From: Nemertoderma westbladi
Lineage: Eukaryota; Animalia; Xenacoelomorpha
Direction: 5' to 3'
Assembly (NCBI GenBank): GCA_032718475.1
Contig: JAUCBJ010008766.1
Location: 1 to 51,667 of the forward strand
DNA length: 51,667 nucleotides
In this document: in pieces, positions 34,150 through 47,158 of the stretch
Layout: each line of letters starts with the position of its first letter
Numbering within the stretch: position 1 is the first letter of the stretch
Program-made: the position numbers and the translations under genes
Notes under the pieces: model-generated
Seen by the model: only the letters and a program-made list of their open reading frames with translations
The model's database searches: none
What the model was told of the DNA's origin: nothing

Positions 34150-34545
34150 ATATTGGGGTTTTCGTAGTCGGTGATTCCATTTCCGATGTCAGTATTTATT
34201 TTTGACGGAATTTAGAATGTCTGTTTGTCTGTCTGTATGAGTGAGAAAAAATAAGGAAGATCACCACATAGCTAAAAAATGCTAAAATATTTTTATAGGG
34301 GTTTTCCTGGTCGGTGAGTACATTTCCAATGTCAATTTTCATGTTTGAAGGAATCTGGACTGTCTGTCTGTATGTCTGTTTGTTTGTCTGTATGTCTGTC
34401 AAAAAATAAAGAAGTTTACCACATATCTAAAATGTTCACTATAGCGGTTTTCCTAGTCGGTGATTTCATTTCCAATATCAGTTTTCATGTTTGACGGAAT
34501 CTGGACTGTCTGTATGTCTGTTTGTTTGTCTGTATGTGTCTGTCA
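34150..34545. repeat. three tandem ~125-165-bp repeats with (GTCT/GTTT)n tracts
   Basis: ggttttcct-gtcggtga-t-catttcc-at-tca-tttt...gacggaat-t-ga-tgtctgt occurs three times. Confidence 0.85.
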
Positions 34546-34680
34546 ATATGTAATATCATTAGAGTTATTATAACTGCTTCAAAAAATCGATTGAATTTAC
34601 TACTATTAATACTAAAACTATAATAAAATAATACATATAAATTTAAAGCACAAGTTATATTCAGTTTAAGTAGAAAACAA

Positions 34681-35729
34681 TTACTGCAGCTTTTTTATTT
34701 TTGAAGGCACTTTCACATTCGATATTTTTCGTAAGGGGGTGGAGAATTTGCAAAAATTACTAAACAATATGTTAGAAATTTTTCGCAACAGGGAATCAGG
34801 GAATTGGGAATCTCTTGAATATGTATTTGAAATTTTTGTTAAAGCACCAATCAGACTCTTTCGGCAAAATTTAGTAATGGAACTGCGATAAAATTTCGTG
34901 CATAAATAACAATAAAAAAATAGTTCATCTGATGGGTAAGAAAGACCTCCTCTATTTAGCTCGGTAATAAATAAATATTGCTGGGTGTATTCCTGTGGTA
35001 TGGAGTCGAATCCTATCTTGTATTGCGGAAAAGATTTTGCAATATACCCAGCCATATAAACAATGGATAAACTCTCGACTGAGCTATGTAGATGAGCTGG
35101 AGTAACATCGCTCAAACAAGCAATAATGGTATCGTCGGCATCTGTCAATTCAATATTGCATGAACCGCAATTATGGCCCTGTTCACCAAGATCAATATTC
35201 AAATCCAATCTCAGGTATAAGCTAGCTGAGTCAATACGGTGCGTCTCTACAAATTGTTGAACAGCTAGATAATAATTTCCCCCATGCGATTGCCGTATAT
35301 GACCAAAATATCCTTCCAAATCATCGTCTTGGAAGAAATTAAGACAGACATATTTGTGCCTTACTGGGAGATCAGTGGTGAGTAGGAATTCTGCGAGTTC
35401 TATCATTCCTTTACAAGTTTCAACTAACCCGAGGGATGTTTGCCTGGTAAGGCATTTAAACCGCTTGTTAGAAATGCGTTTTTGTTGCTTGGACATTCGG
35501 GTTGTTCTGCCAGGAATAACATTTTGCAATGAACACCTTCCCACTAATCGCCGCTTGGCTGGAGGTTTACAGACTCTGGGTTTAACAACTTTATGAGTAA
35601 TAACCCGCGGTTTGCTACCCATAAATCCAAATAATACAGACATTTTCGATAAAAATAAAAGACTTGGATGGTCTACCCTATCAATAACTTTACGATCTAA
35701 ATCGTTGAAGCGAATTGCCTCGAAAGTTG
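34681..35729 (-). pseudogene. C-terminal half of THAP/P-element transposase
   Basis: LTRQT, QDDDLEGYFGHIRQSHGGNY (catalytic E), YMAGYI, LNRGGLSYPS; in frame with WWKVVNVKTT|FEAIRFND across the element B insertion. Confidence 0.93.
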
Positions 35730-36939
35730 TGTAAAAGCTTTTGTGGGATAACTGATACGTTTGCCTATGCTGGCCAGTTCCCCCCAGGCGCTGGAATACT
35801 CTAAAAAAGGTTTTCTAACTGTATATATATTCCCCTCGCCCGCAAGGTACCTTTACAGGTGTTTTAACGGACATAAAAATCATTCTGCTATATACGTGTT
35901 TTAGCGGACATGGTAAGACAAAAACTTGTAATGCATTAACCACCTTTCACAGTTTAGCCGCAGATGATTCATATTACGACATCTAGCAGCTGGTTGCTGA
36001 CATGGAAACAGCCATTGGCCGCGTGGTTCTTTGTTTGGCTTGGGCCAATCAGGGCGGTTTTTCCTGTCGACGTGTAGCTTTTCTGCCGATCATAAGGAGA
36101 GTGTTCAGTCTTACTGTTTTTTCTTGATACTTTGTTGTTATTGCTGTCTAAGCCAGAAACACCGGCATTTTTGGATAGATACTGCTGTACCGTAAACTGC
36201 TTGAATTATCGAAAGTATAAACTGTTACCTAACTAACTCATTAATCATATTGTTTGTACTGTTATTTTACCGTCAGTTATTAATTGTAAATATTTGTTGA
36301 TGGAAATATCGCTATTTGGATAATACGGATAAATCACCCAATTCCCAATTTTCTTGATAACACTACAGGTTAGAGAGACCGGCTATACATAACAATTGCG
36401 ATTTATATTAATGTGGTGTGTATTGAATCCAATGTTATTTAGCAGACCCTACGTGAGTCAATTACTGCTCTCTTTATGTGTGATCAAATGTACTGACTGT
36501 CGGCAGAATAGTGTGTATGATTGTGATTGGTAACAAAGTATTTCCTAAAGAATACGTTTTATACTTTAATCATAAGCAGTATCGTTGCGTTTAGTATAAG
36601 TCTTAGTTCTGTTTAAATAGATAAAGCGCCACGTCCTAAAGGAACTGTTAATATTTCCCGAAAGCCAATAATATCTGTCAGAGATTAATTATTAACGATC
36701 TATCGAATAATACAGTAAGTTTACACTGCAACCTTACACTGTAATAATACAATTCAAGCATCCGAATTCAGTCTCCCGGGTGTAGATCCATCGGGTGAAT
36801 GATCGCGCATGGGCTGATTTCGGCTAATGTTTTGCGTATTAGCATAAATTATTGTCGTATGCTAAAGTGGTTTTAATTAACTAAAAGACATATAAAATTT
36901 GGCAGGTTAAACTGCTAAAGGTCTTCAAAAGCGCGAACA
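35730..36939 (+). repeat. 5' LTR of element B
   Basis: TGTAAAAGC...GCGCGAACA; direct repeat of 48288-49497; CCAAT/GC box at ~36043-36057. Confidence 0.97.
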
Positions 36940-36952
36940 GTAACAGTTTATA
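36940..36952 (+). promoter_or_regulatory. non-tRNA primer-binding site of element B, complementary to LTR 36216-36228
   Basis: GTAACAGTTTATA abuts the LTR end and is the exact reverse complement of TATAAACTGTTAC (36216-36228 and 48774-48786). Confidence 0.7.
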
Positions 36953-37359
36953 TTGTGTTGCAGTGTAAGCATTACATACAGTTTAATACTGTTCTGTCGA
37001 ACAGTAACAGTTTATAATCTTATTGCAGTAGGCAATAAGGTTGCAAGTGTAGGCATTAAATACAGTTTAATACTGTTCTGACGAACAGTAACAGTTTATA
37101 ATCTTATTGCAGTAGGCAATAAGGTTGCAAAATACCGTAGTAACCGGTAAAACTGAACCGGTACTTTGTAGGTCAGTAGGCCTAACTGTCATCACCGGTA
37201 CCGGTACTGCTGTACAAGTATATTTAGTATTATTCGATTTGATTATTGTATACTGGTAGGTCTTAGTACTTAATCAGGGACTGCAGCCCTGAATTTTTAT
37301 TGAGATTTTACCTATTTCTGTCAGTTTTATTTCCTAGTAAGTTAATATTGAGCAGAAGG

Positions 37360-37950
37360 CGTGTGACCCTGCTCAGATTGTTCAGATAATTGTAGGCTGA
37401 GCTGCTGTCTGACTGTGGTTGGGTTTGGAGAGATTACGGCGTGTGTAGAGTTTGTCTGATAAAGTGCCGTTAGTAAGTTGGGGCAGTCACAACTGTAAGG
37501 TCAATCCCCTCTTAAAGAGTAAGTCGTACTACCGTGTTAGCACGCATACTAACTAACAGTTTCAGAGTCTGCATATACTGTAGTTTATTTAGGCTTGATC
37601 GTAGTCTGCCAGTGTTTTTAGCCTGTGTTTGTTTGTGTGGTCTGTTCAGGTACCGTAATAGTTATTACTCAAATATTTGTAGGCTGGATTGTTGTCTAGC
37701 TATTTTTAGGTCTGAAGGGATTGCTGCGTGTGTAGAGTTGGTCTGATCAAGTGCCGTTAGTAAGTTGGGGCAGTCAACACTGTAAGGTCAATCCCCTCTT
37801 AAAGAGTAAGTCGTACTACCGTGTTAGCACGCATACTAACTAACAGTTTCAGAATCTGCACATACAGTAGTTTGTTTAGGCTTGATAGTAGTCTGCCAGC
37901 GTTTGGTTTGTATTTGTTTGAGTATTCTGTACGGGTAGCGTAATATTTAT
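37360..37950 (+). repeat. two tandem ~287-bp structured leader repeats of element B
   Basis: ttgtaggctg at ~37390 and ~37677; homologous to 6600-7195. Confidence 0.9.
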
Positions 37951-39263
37951 TATTCAGAGTTTATGCGATTATTCGCAACATTCATGTCCCCAAGTTTATT
38001 CCTACAGTAATTGTGCTTGTTATACATACCGTTATAGTTAAACTAACCCCGGTACTACATCAGGGCTGCTTGGCGTAGGTAAAGACTGACGACTTTGTGC
38101 TTCGGTCACTCCAGCAGATGCCGTGGTTCTTTTAACTGTTCAAGTATATTTAACTACTGATTATTTGTTATACCGGTACTTGTACCTAATTTAGGGTTTA
38201 GAGTACAGTGCCTTCCGAAGTAATTAGTGTAGGCAGTATATTTGTGTTGTAAAGTGGTTGATAGGCACATTCGTTAGCTCTATTAACTTCTGGGTAGGAA
38301 CAATCCGTGATACATAACGTTGTACCTATAGCGATACGGTTATAGGTCGTCAGGCGGTGGTATTTTCCTATCTGGACAGTACAATATATTTACTACTACT
38401 TATTATTTAAATACCGTAGTACCCTGTCCTTTGTAATAGCCAGAAATCTAACCCTTTGTTGGACTGGTTTGTAGACTTCCTGTAAAATTACCCTAAAAAT
38501 TTCGTGCGTAATATTTTGTTGTGTTTAATTAGAGAATTGATCTCACCCGTATCGTAAGTAATTTGTAGTATTAAGTAACTTAGGTAAATTAGAATTATCA
38601 GTTTTAGTGTCAAATAAATAGCACTTCATTGAGAGGCGTTCAGCTTCTGTGTAGTGACTCCCCCAGAAATAATAACATTTATTTCAAATATTGACAAAAA
38701 CCCATATAACGGGTATATAAATATTATAAATCAACTCAAACGATTTATAAATAGTAGGCCTGCCATACGACAACTAGGTCTCACTATCAGTTGGACTACT
38801 GCTTAAATAACGGTAATAAAGTAAGTTAAAGTAACCAAGTAGCCCTAAAATATTCAGAGATTCAAATATCCTAAAATAATTGACATACCGGTACTCATTA
38901 TAGGCTTATTATATTTATCACTATATATTTGAGCGGAAATCATACCGGTACTCTGTAATTAATTCTAGTTCATAATTATACTTACATGCTGTAAGTGTAG
39001 GCTGTATACCGGTATTCATTATAGGCCTACTATATATATATATATATTTGTGCTAAAATTATATACCGGTACTCTGTGACAAATCTAGTCTGTAATAATA
39101 CTTATATAGCATAAGCATACCGGTATTCTAATATATTGTATATATATCACGTTCCACTGAGTAGCGGTACCGGTAATAAATCGCTAGGCTTGCGGTCATA
39201 CTGAATTACTAGATTTGCTTTAACTGAAATTATAGTAGTAGACATTCAACTGTATAACTAAAC

Positions 39264-41820
39264 ATGTCTGACACTCAGCAAAACCTGTCGGACAGTCTGA
39301 TCGAGATCACTATCTGTGATTCAGATAGGAGAGTGGAGCGAATAATAGAGAAGTTCGGCTCACCTCCTACTGTAAAAAAGGTCATCCCTCCAGTAGTATC
39401 AGACCCTAGGCTAGTCCACCATAGGTCCATCATAGGCACTCGGGCACAGGTAAAACGGGACCAAGAGGCAATTGTCCTATCGCAGCAACATCTTGGTCAA
39501 GAACCTACTTCCCAGAGACCGGATAGCTCCAGCAGTTCGGATACTGTAGAGTTGACTCCCGAACATGGAGTGCAGATGGCTGATACAGTCTACTCGGACC
39601 CCCTTCTTACTCTTCCTGCTGCAGTACTAACTACTATACTCATTGCGGTGGAGGAACATCAAGCCGACTGGGCGAAGAATAAGCAAGCGACCCAAGATGA
39701 TTACGCGGGATACGCCAGGGAAGAATTGATATCTGTTGTTGAATCACAATGGAACTTTCCCGGACTCGGACTCCCGTTGGACCTGTCTGAGGCTACTTGG
39801 GAAGATATACACAGAATGGGAGTGGCTCAAGATACAATGGATCCAGCTGTTTGGAAGAGGTCGGCAGCAGGATATGTGCAGGGATTCTTCGGATCCTTGG
39901 AGCGATTGGAAGGGCAGCTGTTTCGACAACCTCACGGACCTCAAGAGCAGGAAGAACTGCTATATCAAATACGCGAAAGAACCCTACGCATTCGACTAAT
40001 CCTCTCAGCCTTTGAGGAAACTTCCAAAAGAAGACAGGACACGTCGCTGCAGGTTGCTGTCAAAACTTGGCTACATCGAGTAGATCTCAAAGTACAGGAA
40101 ACAGCCCCGTGGAAATCCCAGCTGGCTGAGAGATCAATCTATGAGGAACCGACTGATGTCTCCGAACAAACTGATGTCACCCTTGCTCAAGAGGAAAGCG
40201 AAGAGGCCGCCGAGAAACCGCGAACTAGAGACGCTATCGACATTTATTTGTCCGACTATCAGCGATTCCTAGGAGACGAAGAGTTGAGGAGACGGCTACA
40301 TGGACTTTCCCCTAATAGTGAAGGAACCAAGCTTATATTGGACGCGATCGATACCGAAATGTTAGCTGCAAACCAAGCTGAATGTGATGAAAAACTCCGT
40401 CTCACTAGAGTCCGAGAAGAACAAATAAAGAAAAGAAGGATAGAGGAACAAAAGGCGGCGGCTACGGCAGAAGCAGAAGCAGAAAGAAAGGCAGCGGCGG
40501 CAGAAGTAGAAGCAGAAAGAATAGCAAAAACAAAGGCAGCGGCGGCAGAAGCAAAGGCGGAAAGGGCAGTGGCCGAAGCAGAACGGAGAGCCTCTGAGCA
40601 GACTACCCAACTGGAGTTGGAAAATCTGCAAGAGACACAAGATAGTATAAATAAACAGTTTACTGCTAATCAGATGCAGATGATGAGAAAATCTACTCCC
40701 AAGCGCCAAGGGTACACATCATCGGAGGAAGGCGATACTACAGACCCTGAAGGCGGAGGAGATAGATCTCATCTAAGTAGGCGTAGAAAAACATATTACC
40801 GTCGTAAATTGCCTGATTTGCCCCCAGCTGTTAAAAGACAGCTAACTAGCACAGATTTAGGTAGGGCAGAACCTATAGAACAATTTATCCAGGTCAAAAG
40901 ACTCCCTACTATAGTCGATGAACCTGAAATAATTAGGCCTGTAGTTCCCAAAGTCACTTCTGTGCTAGAGACCCCTACACTTCCAGAGCTTAACTCTAAA
41001 TTCCCTTTACATAGCACTACACTGCCTGTACCCGGTGGAACAGTCCATTCAAATACCCCTGTCCAGATAGCAGAGAGAGAAATCAATAATTTGTCTCCCG
41101 TCGTCCCGCGTCAGCCCGCTACTATGTTGGCGACTCCCGCTTCAGCGGTTGAGTGGGTGGAGGAGGGACGGCGGGGGATGAATCTCCTGTTAGGACAGAT
41201 GCAGGAGACTGTCCACCAACTTAAGGGAACGGTGAGGGAGAGTAGAGCAGAGTTGCAAGAAGTGCAGCAAAGTATCGCGCTAGAACGCGACAAATTAGTC
41301 AATATACAAAAAGGCATACCAATGCCCCAGGTAACATTGAGTCAACCCGTTAGGTCTGAAGTATCACATGCGCAAGGTGTGGAGCCTACACGCATCTATA
41401 CTGCTAGTGAAGTTGAAACTCCTATAGCAAACCCTATTAAGGGTGATTATAGACCTGTTATTGATGATATTCCCTATAAACCTGATAATAATCCGAGAAA
41501 TTTGTATACCGATAATTCGATATTAAATAACACGATGGCCCAAGAAAGCTTTACGCGTCAGATGGCTAGAACAGAAGCCCGCCAAGCGGTCAAAGTGGGA
41601 GAGATCGTCAAATTCAATGGGGATGAGATGAAATGGTTACCTTTCAACGAATATTACAAAGATAGCATACAGAACTCTGTACTATCTAACGGAGAGAAAC
41701 TTAGATTCCTCATCAAGTGTTTGGAAGGACCTCCCAAGTTAATGGCGTTAAAGTTTATTGGACATCCAGATGGACTAAGACAAGTTTGGGATACATTAAA
41801 CATCAGGTATGGTAACAAAG
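39264..41820 (+). pseudogene. gag: Gag 5' part of element B (interrupted by insertion)
   Basis: Colinear with the N-terminal part of the element A polyprotein up to LNIRYGN. Confidence 0.95.
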
Positions 41821-43084
41821 ATGCCTAAGGAGGTGAGGTCTCTATAAGGGTGTCTTTAACAGGCGGCGGCGGACTCGTGAGGGTCTGGGGGCACGTTAAA
41901 TCGTTACTATAGTGCAAGGGAGTTACTGAAGGCCCTCGTGTCTTACGAACCATGAATCAACATGGTGCCGTGGTACCGTCTAGTCGGCCTGTTGCCGTAC
42001 TGCCAGTCCTGTACACAGTAGGGGTGGTGGCTTAGTGTGATCTGTGGTTTATGTGGTTTATGTGGTAGGTCTATGTTTGGTATGTATGAGTTGACCAGAC
42101 TCTGTACTGTCTCCAATCGGTTGCCAAAACGTGTTTTTTCCCAGGGTAGCACTATTGGAATGGAGGTGTTGCACGGAATGGACAGGTTCTGATGATTCTG
42201 TTGGTACTACTATTGGAATGGAGGTGGCACCCGGAATATCGGCTGCAAGGAGGGGTTGGTGTTGTAGTGTGGTCCGAGTGAATGATACTCTGGAATCTGT
42301 GGTATGTGTGTGTACGTGGTATACGTGAGTGTATGTATGGCCACTGCGAGTGAGTGTGGGAAACCTTGCCGGTTGGTTCAGTCGCCGCCGGTTATTAGTA
42401 GGACCATATTTTACTGCGCCCCAGCATACTTTGTGCACACAAAGTTATTTTACCCTGTCGGTAAAATAAAGTACTCTCGACTCTTTATTAGTCGATACAA
42501 TTTTGTCCCCTCTGATTTTGTCACCGATTTTGTCCATACCCGATTATGTCTTCTGTGTGTGCATGGTATGTGTCAGATTTTGTGTTTACCGTAGTGTACT
42601 CGATTTCGTGAACATCTATTGAGTACACGTGTACAGTGACTGGTAAGTGGTGACTTGTTCAGTAGCTTTTTAGCTACAGACAGTATTGCGTTTTCAAATA
42701 CTGCCGGCGAGGCGGGTGAAAACGGTCAATATTCCATGCTGGGTAGCGCAAGCCCACATGGGACAAGACCGTCGGTTTGGCTCAAGGGCGACCTTGATGC
42801 TCGATCGCTATCGACTGGTCCACCCGCCGGTTGACTCTCTGAGTTGGCTCAATGTACAGTCAGGCCACAGTAAGTTGACAGTAGGCGAACTTTCTCTCCG
42901 TTCGGCTACACACGACGAGCTGTGCCGGTGTGATCGGGGGATTGAAAATTGAACCCGGGAAGCATCGGGCTACCCTCCGGCCCGGTCTGATAAAAACGGA
43001 GTCGGACTGGCCCCAAGGGTAGTGGAACAGCGTCCGCCTCATGGGTGCGCCTCGGAGTCATCAGAGAGGAGCCCAGAAGGACGT
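41821..43084. other. 1264-bp unclassified insertion flanked by a 3-bp AAG duplication
   Basis: Removing it plus one AAG restores ...GGT AAC AAA GCG AAC ATA GCT AAG... (GNKANIAK) and a 4608-nt ORF; no TIR, LTR ends or poly(A) seen. Confidence 0.85.
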
Positions 43085-43087
43085 AAG

Positions 43088-45138
43088 CGAACATAGCTAA
43101 GTATTTGTATACAAAATTAGTAGCCCCCCGACACTTCCTTAGTAGTGGGATTATAGAATTTTCCGATGAAATACAAGAGATCTGTAGACAACTGGACTGG
43201 TTAGGTAAGTCGCACGAATACCAGAGTTCCATGGTTATTGGAGCCGTAGTCTCTACTTTACCAAAGGGTGGAGTATGTACACGCTGGGACAAGAAAGTGT
43301 TGTACATGAATGACCAACAACGACGAAGCCCTACCATGGCTGATCTCATGTCTTTCTTAGATAGTGAAGTAAAATTACAACTCATAAGGCAGGCCAGAGA
43401 GAAAACATCGGAAAATAAGGTAAGTGAGAAACCCGATTCTAGGAGAAGGATAATACCAGTGTGTTATACTGACGACGGCGAAAGCCAAGCTTCTCAAGAA
43501 GAGGACAGCGGGAAAGACACAGCAAAATCTTACTATGACAACAAGACCTATAAAGACGTAAGTAAATACAAGTCTCGAACCAGTGACAGGAGAGAACAGG
43601 TAACAACAACTCCTCCTACGTCTCCTAAGAGAATTCACGGAAGAAAGCCCGAAGAAAGAACGAGAGTGCATAACGTTAACCAAGTTAAGGTGAGTAACAT
43701 CAAACCAAAATGTGCGCTGTGCGACGGGCCCCACCGTTTGAGTGCGTGTGCTGAATTTCTAAAGAAATCCCCTGTAGACAGACGTACAGTCCTGTGGAAT
43801 AAGCGGTTATGCTATAATTGCCTCAGATCGGGACACCAACGGCGAACCTGTTACTCCGACGTAAAGTGTGCAAAGTGTGGCGCGAAACATCACATCTTGT
43901 TACACAGTGAGTTCGAACGAGACAACCCGAGTCAGGTAAGTGAGCCCGAACTACATGTCCAATTCAGTGATGTGAACGACACTGACCAAGGTTCTGAGTG
44001 GGAAGGATTCTATACAGACGAATTCTCCGATGCCAACGAATCCTGTTATCTAATAAATACCACAGTGTATCGAGCACTTACGGATGAAAAGGACACTGAC
44101 GAGTTTACTCCAACTCCTTTTGACAAACAACCATCTTGGAAAGTTCCAACTTCCAACATAGGAATAAGAGAATTTCCTGTAGTGCAAGTTCGAGTTCATG
44201 GTCCCAACAAGAGTTACATAGTGAACGCCCTACTTGACTCCGGCAGCACAGGAACATTCATCGATCAAGAACTAGCCGAAGATATCTTTGCTGGACAACC
44301 CAAGTTCCGGACTAAATTGAATATGTCAGGAATTATGCAGGTTTGGAAATCTACCCTGACGGCAGATTACTATGTAGGTGTGTTGTCCACCCCCCAGGAT
44401 AAGTTAGGAACACAAGGTGTAAGGTCAGTAAAAATGGTGGCTATAAAGAACTTTGCTACTACTCAAGCAGACCTTTATAATTGGGACGAAGATGAGAGCG
44501 TCCAACATCTTAAGATACCTCGATTCCAGACAGATTATCCTGGAGTGCAAATACTTATCGGCCAAAACGCGCATGAGGCGCTCGAGCCATTAGAGAAACG
44601 GCCTGCTCAACCACAGCCACTACAAACCTATGCGGTAAGAACTAGAGTAGGTTGGTACTTCACTGGCCCTTCCCGTAGAACTCTCAAAGAGAGATTACCT
44701 CAACAACAGGTATACCAAGTAAAGGGGGAAGTGGAGAGCAGTGATGTGGACGAACTAACTGAGGGAACACCATACTCCTCAGATAATGACGATATTAACT
44801 CCAATGAAGATCAATGGAGACATCGCCCCGAGATGATTAATCTAGCCGACATCGCTTCCAGAGGAGCGACTCCTCAAGAACGGATAGATACTCCCGGCTG
44901 GTTAGGTGGACCCGACTCCCTAAGTAAAGAAGAAGATGAATGGCCTCCTCATCTTACCACGGCGGAGAGTAGACAGGCCAAGGGAGCGGAGAAAGTAACA
45001 CGACAACCCAATCACCCAGCTGGTCGTTTATGTTTACTGGAAAGAGACCAAAAACTGTCCGGAAACTATGGAAGGCAAGATACTCTTCCTACGACCACTT
45101 CCCTAATCCGACAAATATCTAGGGACTCCATAACGTAA
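43088..45138 (+). pseudogene. gag-pro: Gag 3' part, Zn knuckles, protease and short Pol remnants of element B
   Basis: CALC/CYNC/CAKC motifs, LLDSGS, then SSDNDD joined to DQWRH...ADIASRG and GAEKV joined to the terminal GRLCLLERD segment. Confidence 0.95.
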
Positions 45139-46759
45139 TAACATATGGAGTGGGTGTGTGACTATATCATTTTATATTTGTTTTTATTTTATATTTATGT
45201 ATGTATTATTACGTAATTTTATTATAATCGTTTTCTTTAATTTTATTTAGTAGAATGTTATTTTAGCGATTATTTAGTAAATTAGTGCAATATATTAGTG
45301 TTTATTACGTACTTGATTACTTATAATATATTTAGTGCGACGGCAAGAAGTAATTATTTTCTATTTCCTTACTGTCCGTATTATATTATAAATGCGAGAC
45401 TATAGTAAGATGACATGTCAGTACTTCTTAAAGTACAATAAAGCCACTACTATATTTAAGTATTATTGGTAGGCAGAGTATTAGGAATGCAAAGTTCAGA
45501 TCCTCGTGTCTCGGCTAAACCAAGCTCTGGGTAGACCTTGGAAACGACTTGCCTCTTCACACTGACATTGCTTCGTGCGATATTGCTCTTCTACCTTATA
45601 ACAAATAATACATATAGTAGCGTGATGTCCCTCTAACAGTAGCGTAAATCGCAAATAAATCTGTTAAACTTTTGACCATCTGTAATTCTAGTCGATTAAG
45701 ATATCGTGGCACCCACCGATATACTTGAAAGACAAATTCTAGAATCAGTGGTTAACGTCCCCAGACAAGTTCTGGAATAAATCGGTGCCCATCCTAAATA
45801 TTAATTTAATATTTATTAAAATCTTTAAAATTCAGATCCGTTAACAATTCTAGTCGATTAAGATATCGTAGCACTTACCGATACTCTTAAAAGACAAATT
45901 TCATAGAATTAAGGATCTTATGTCCCCAGACTTGCTCTGGAATAAAATTTATGTCAATTTAACATCAAATAATAAAATTCACGGGAATAAATTAAATTCA
46001 TATTTAAATGAATTTCATAAATTGTCATTTTGTGCAATTTATAACATTCCCAAAATTCCAGTAATTAATAGATCATGGGAGCGGAGATTCATATTGAGTG
46101 TATTAGAGTGTGAGAATCTCCAGCATATAGTCAATAGCCGATAAAATTTATAAAATCATGCATAAAGAGGATATTGACAATTAAAGAATTACTATTAAAT
46201 AACATCCCAGATCTGTATGCATGAGGATTGCCCTAATTCTACCGCTAGTTTTCCATAATGTCACCATGGCAACACCCACGCTAGAATTAGAAGCAAGTTA
46301 AAAGAACAATAAAAGGCTTGCCCCATTGCGTAGCATAAGAGTATACATAGCGCACTATTAGTATCCAAGGATACATAGTAAATACGTGACATTCTGGAAG
46401 ACACTGACTAACGGACAAATGGTATGCATGTGTGCAGTAAGTAATGATTGTATGGAATTTGTGCGTTTATAGGTGAATGTTACTACTAAAGTGTGTTTAC
46501 AGTAGCTAATCGCAATTGTAAAATAGCCTTAACTCTACCGAGATAACCTCAAGTGGATTCAAGCCTTTGGGACGGACAGTGGTGGGACTTGTGCCGGTTA
46601 TCGTTGTCGTGCTGTGCTACATGTTGGCGTAAACACTGCGACAGCGGTACATCGGCGCTGAGAAACCCACTGTCCGGGGGCAAAAGGCCTAGTAGGAAGC
46701 GACGCCCGCTTACCTAAAATATTAACTTATATTGATATTAACAAACTCAGATAGCAAAT

Positions 46760-47158
46760 ATGACGGAATTAATAGAAGATGACCTTGGTATTAGAGAGCG
46801 ATATACTCTACCTTTACAAGCGTTTGTGGATAGCTTGATACGCGGTGAAGCTGATCCGACTATTGCGGAGGACGATGGTCGCTATATCGAACCGCCGATG
46901 TCCCAGGAACAACTTACGCGCGAAGCGGACTATAGAAAATTCACCGCTCGCTATACGAATCGTAATGGTACGTATATGGACTTCTTAACTACCGGCCATC
47001 CTATCGATTTACATGATACGGACGATGTAGACACCGAAGGGGAAATGGTTCTATTTAAATATCATACCCAGCGGCGTCGTAACGATAAACCGAGAATAGA
47101 TCACGAAAATTCTATTCGTAACAGACTGGGAAGACGAACCAATATGTCTAGAATCTGA
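46760..47158 (+). CDS. accessory ORF-a (132 aa), unknown function
   Basis: ATG-initiated; conserved with the two element A copies at protein level. Confidence 0.55.
   Translation: MTELIEDDLGIRERYTLPLQAFVDSLIRGEADPTIAEDDGRYIEPPMSQEQLTREADYRKFTARYTNRNGTYMDFLTTGHPIDLHDTDDVDTEGEMVLFKYHTQRRRNDKPRIDHENSIRNRLGRRTNMSRI

Noticed and set aside
34681-35643. Independent 320-aa gene or domesticated THAP9
   Set aside because: It is the severed C-terminal half of a TIR-flanked transposase; its ATG is internal
42189-42195. Hammerhead ribozyme core CTGATGA in the insertion (also on the minus strand at 43058-43064)
   Set aside because: No GAAA after stem II and no closing stems I/III could be found
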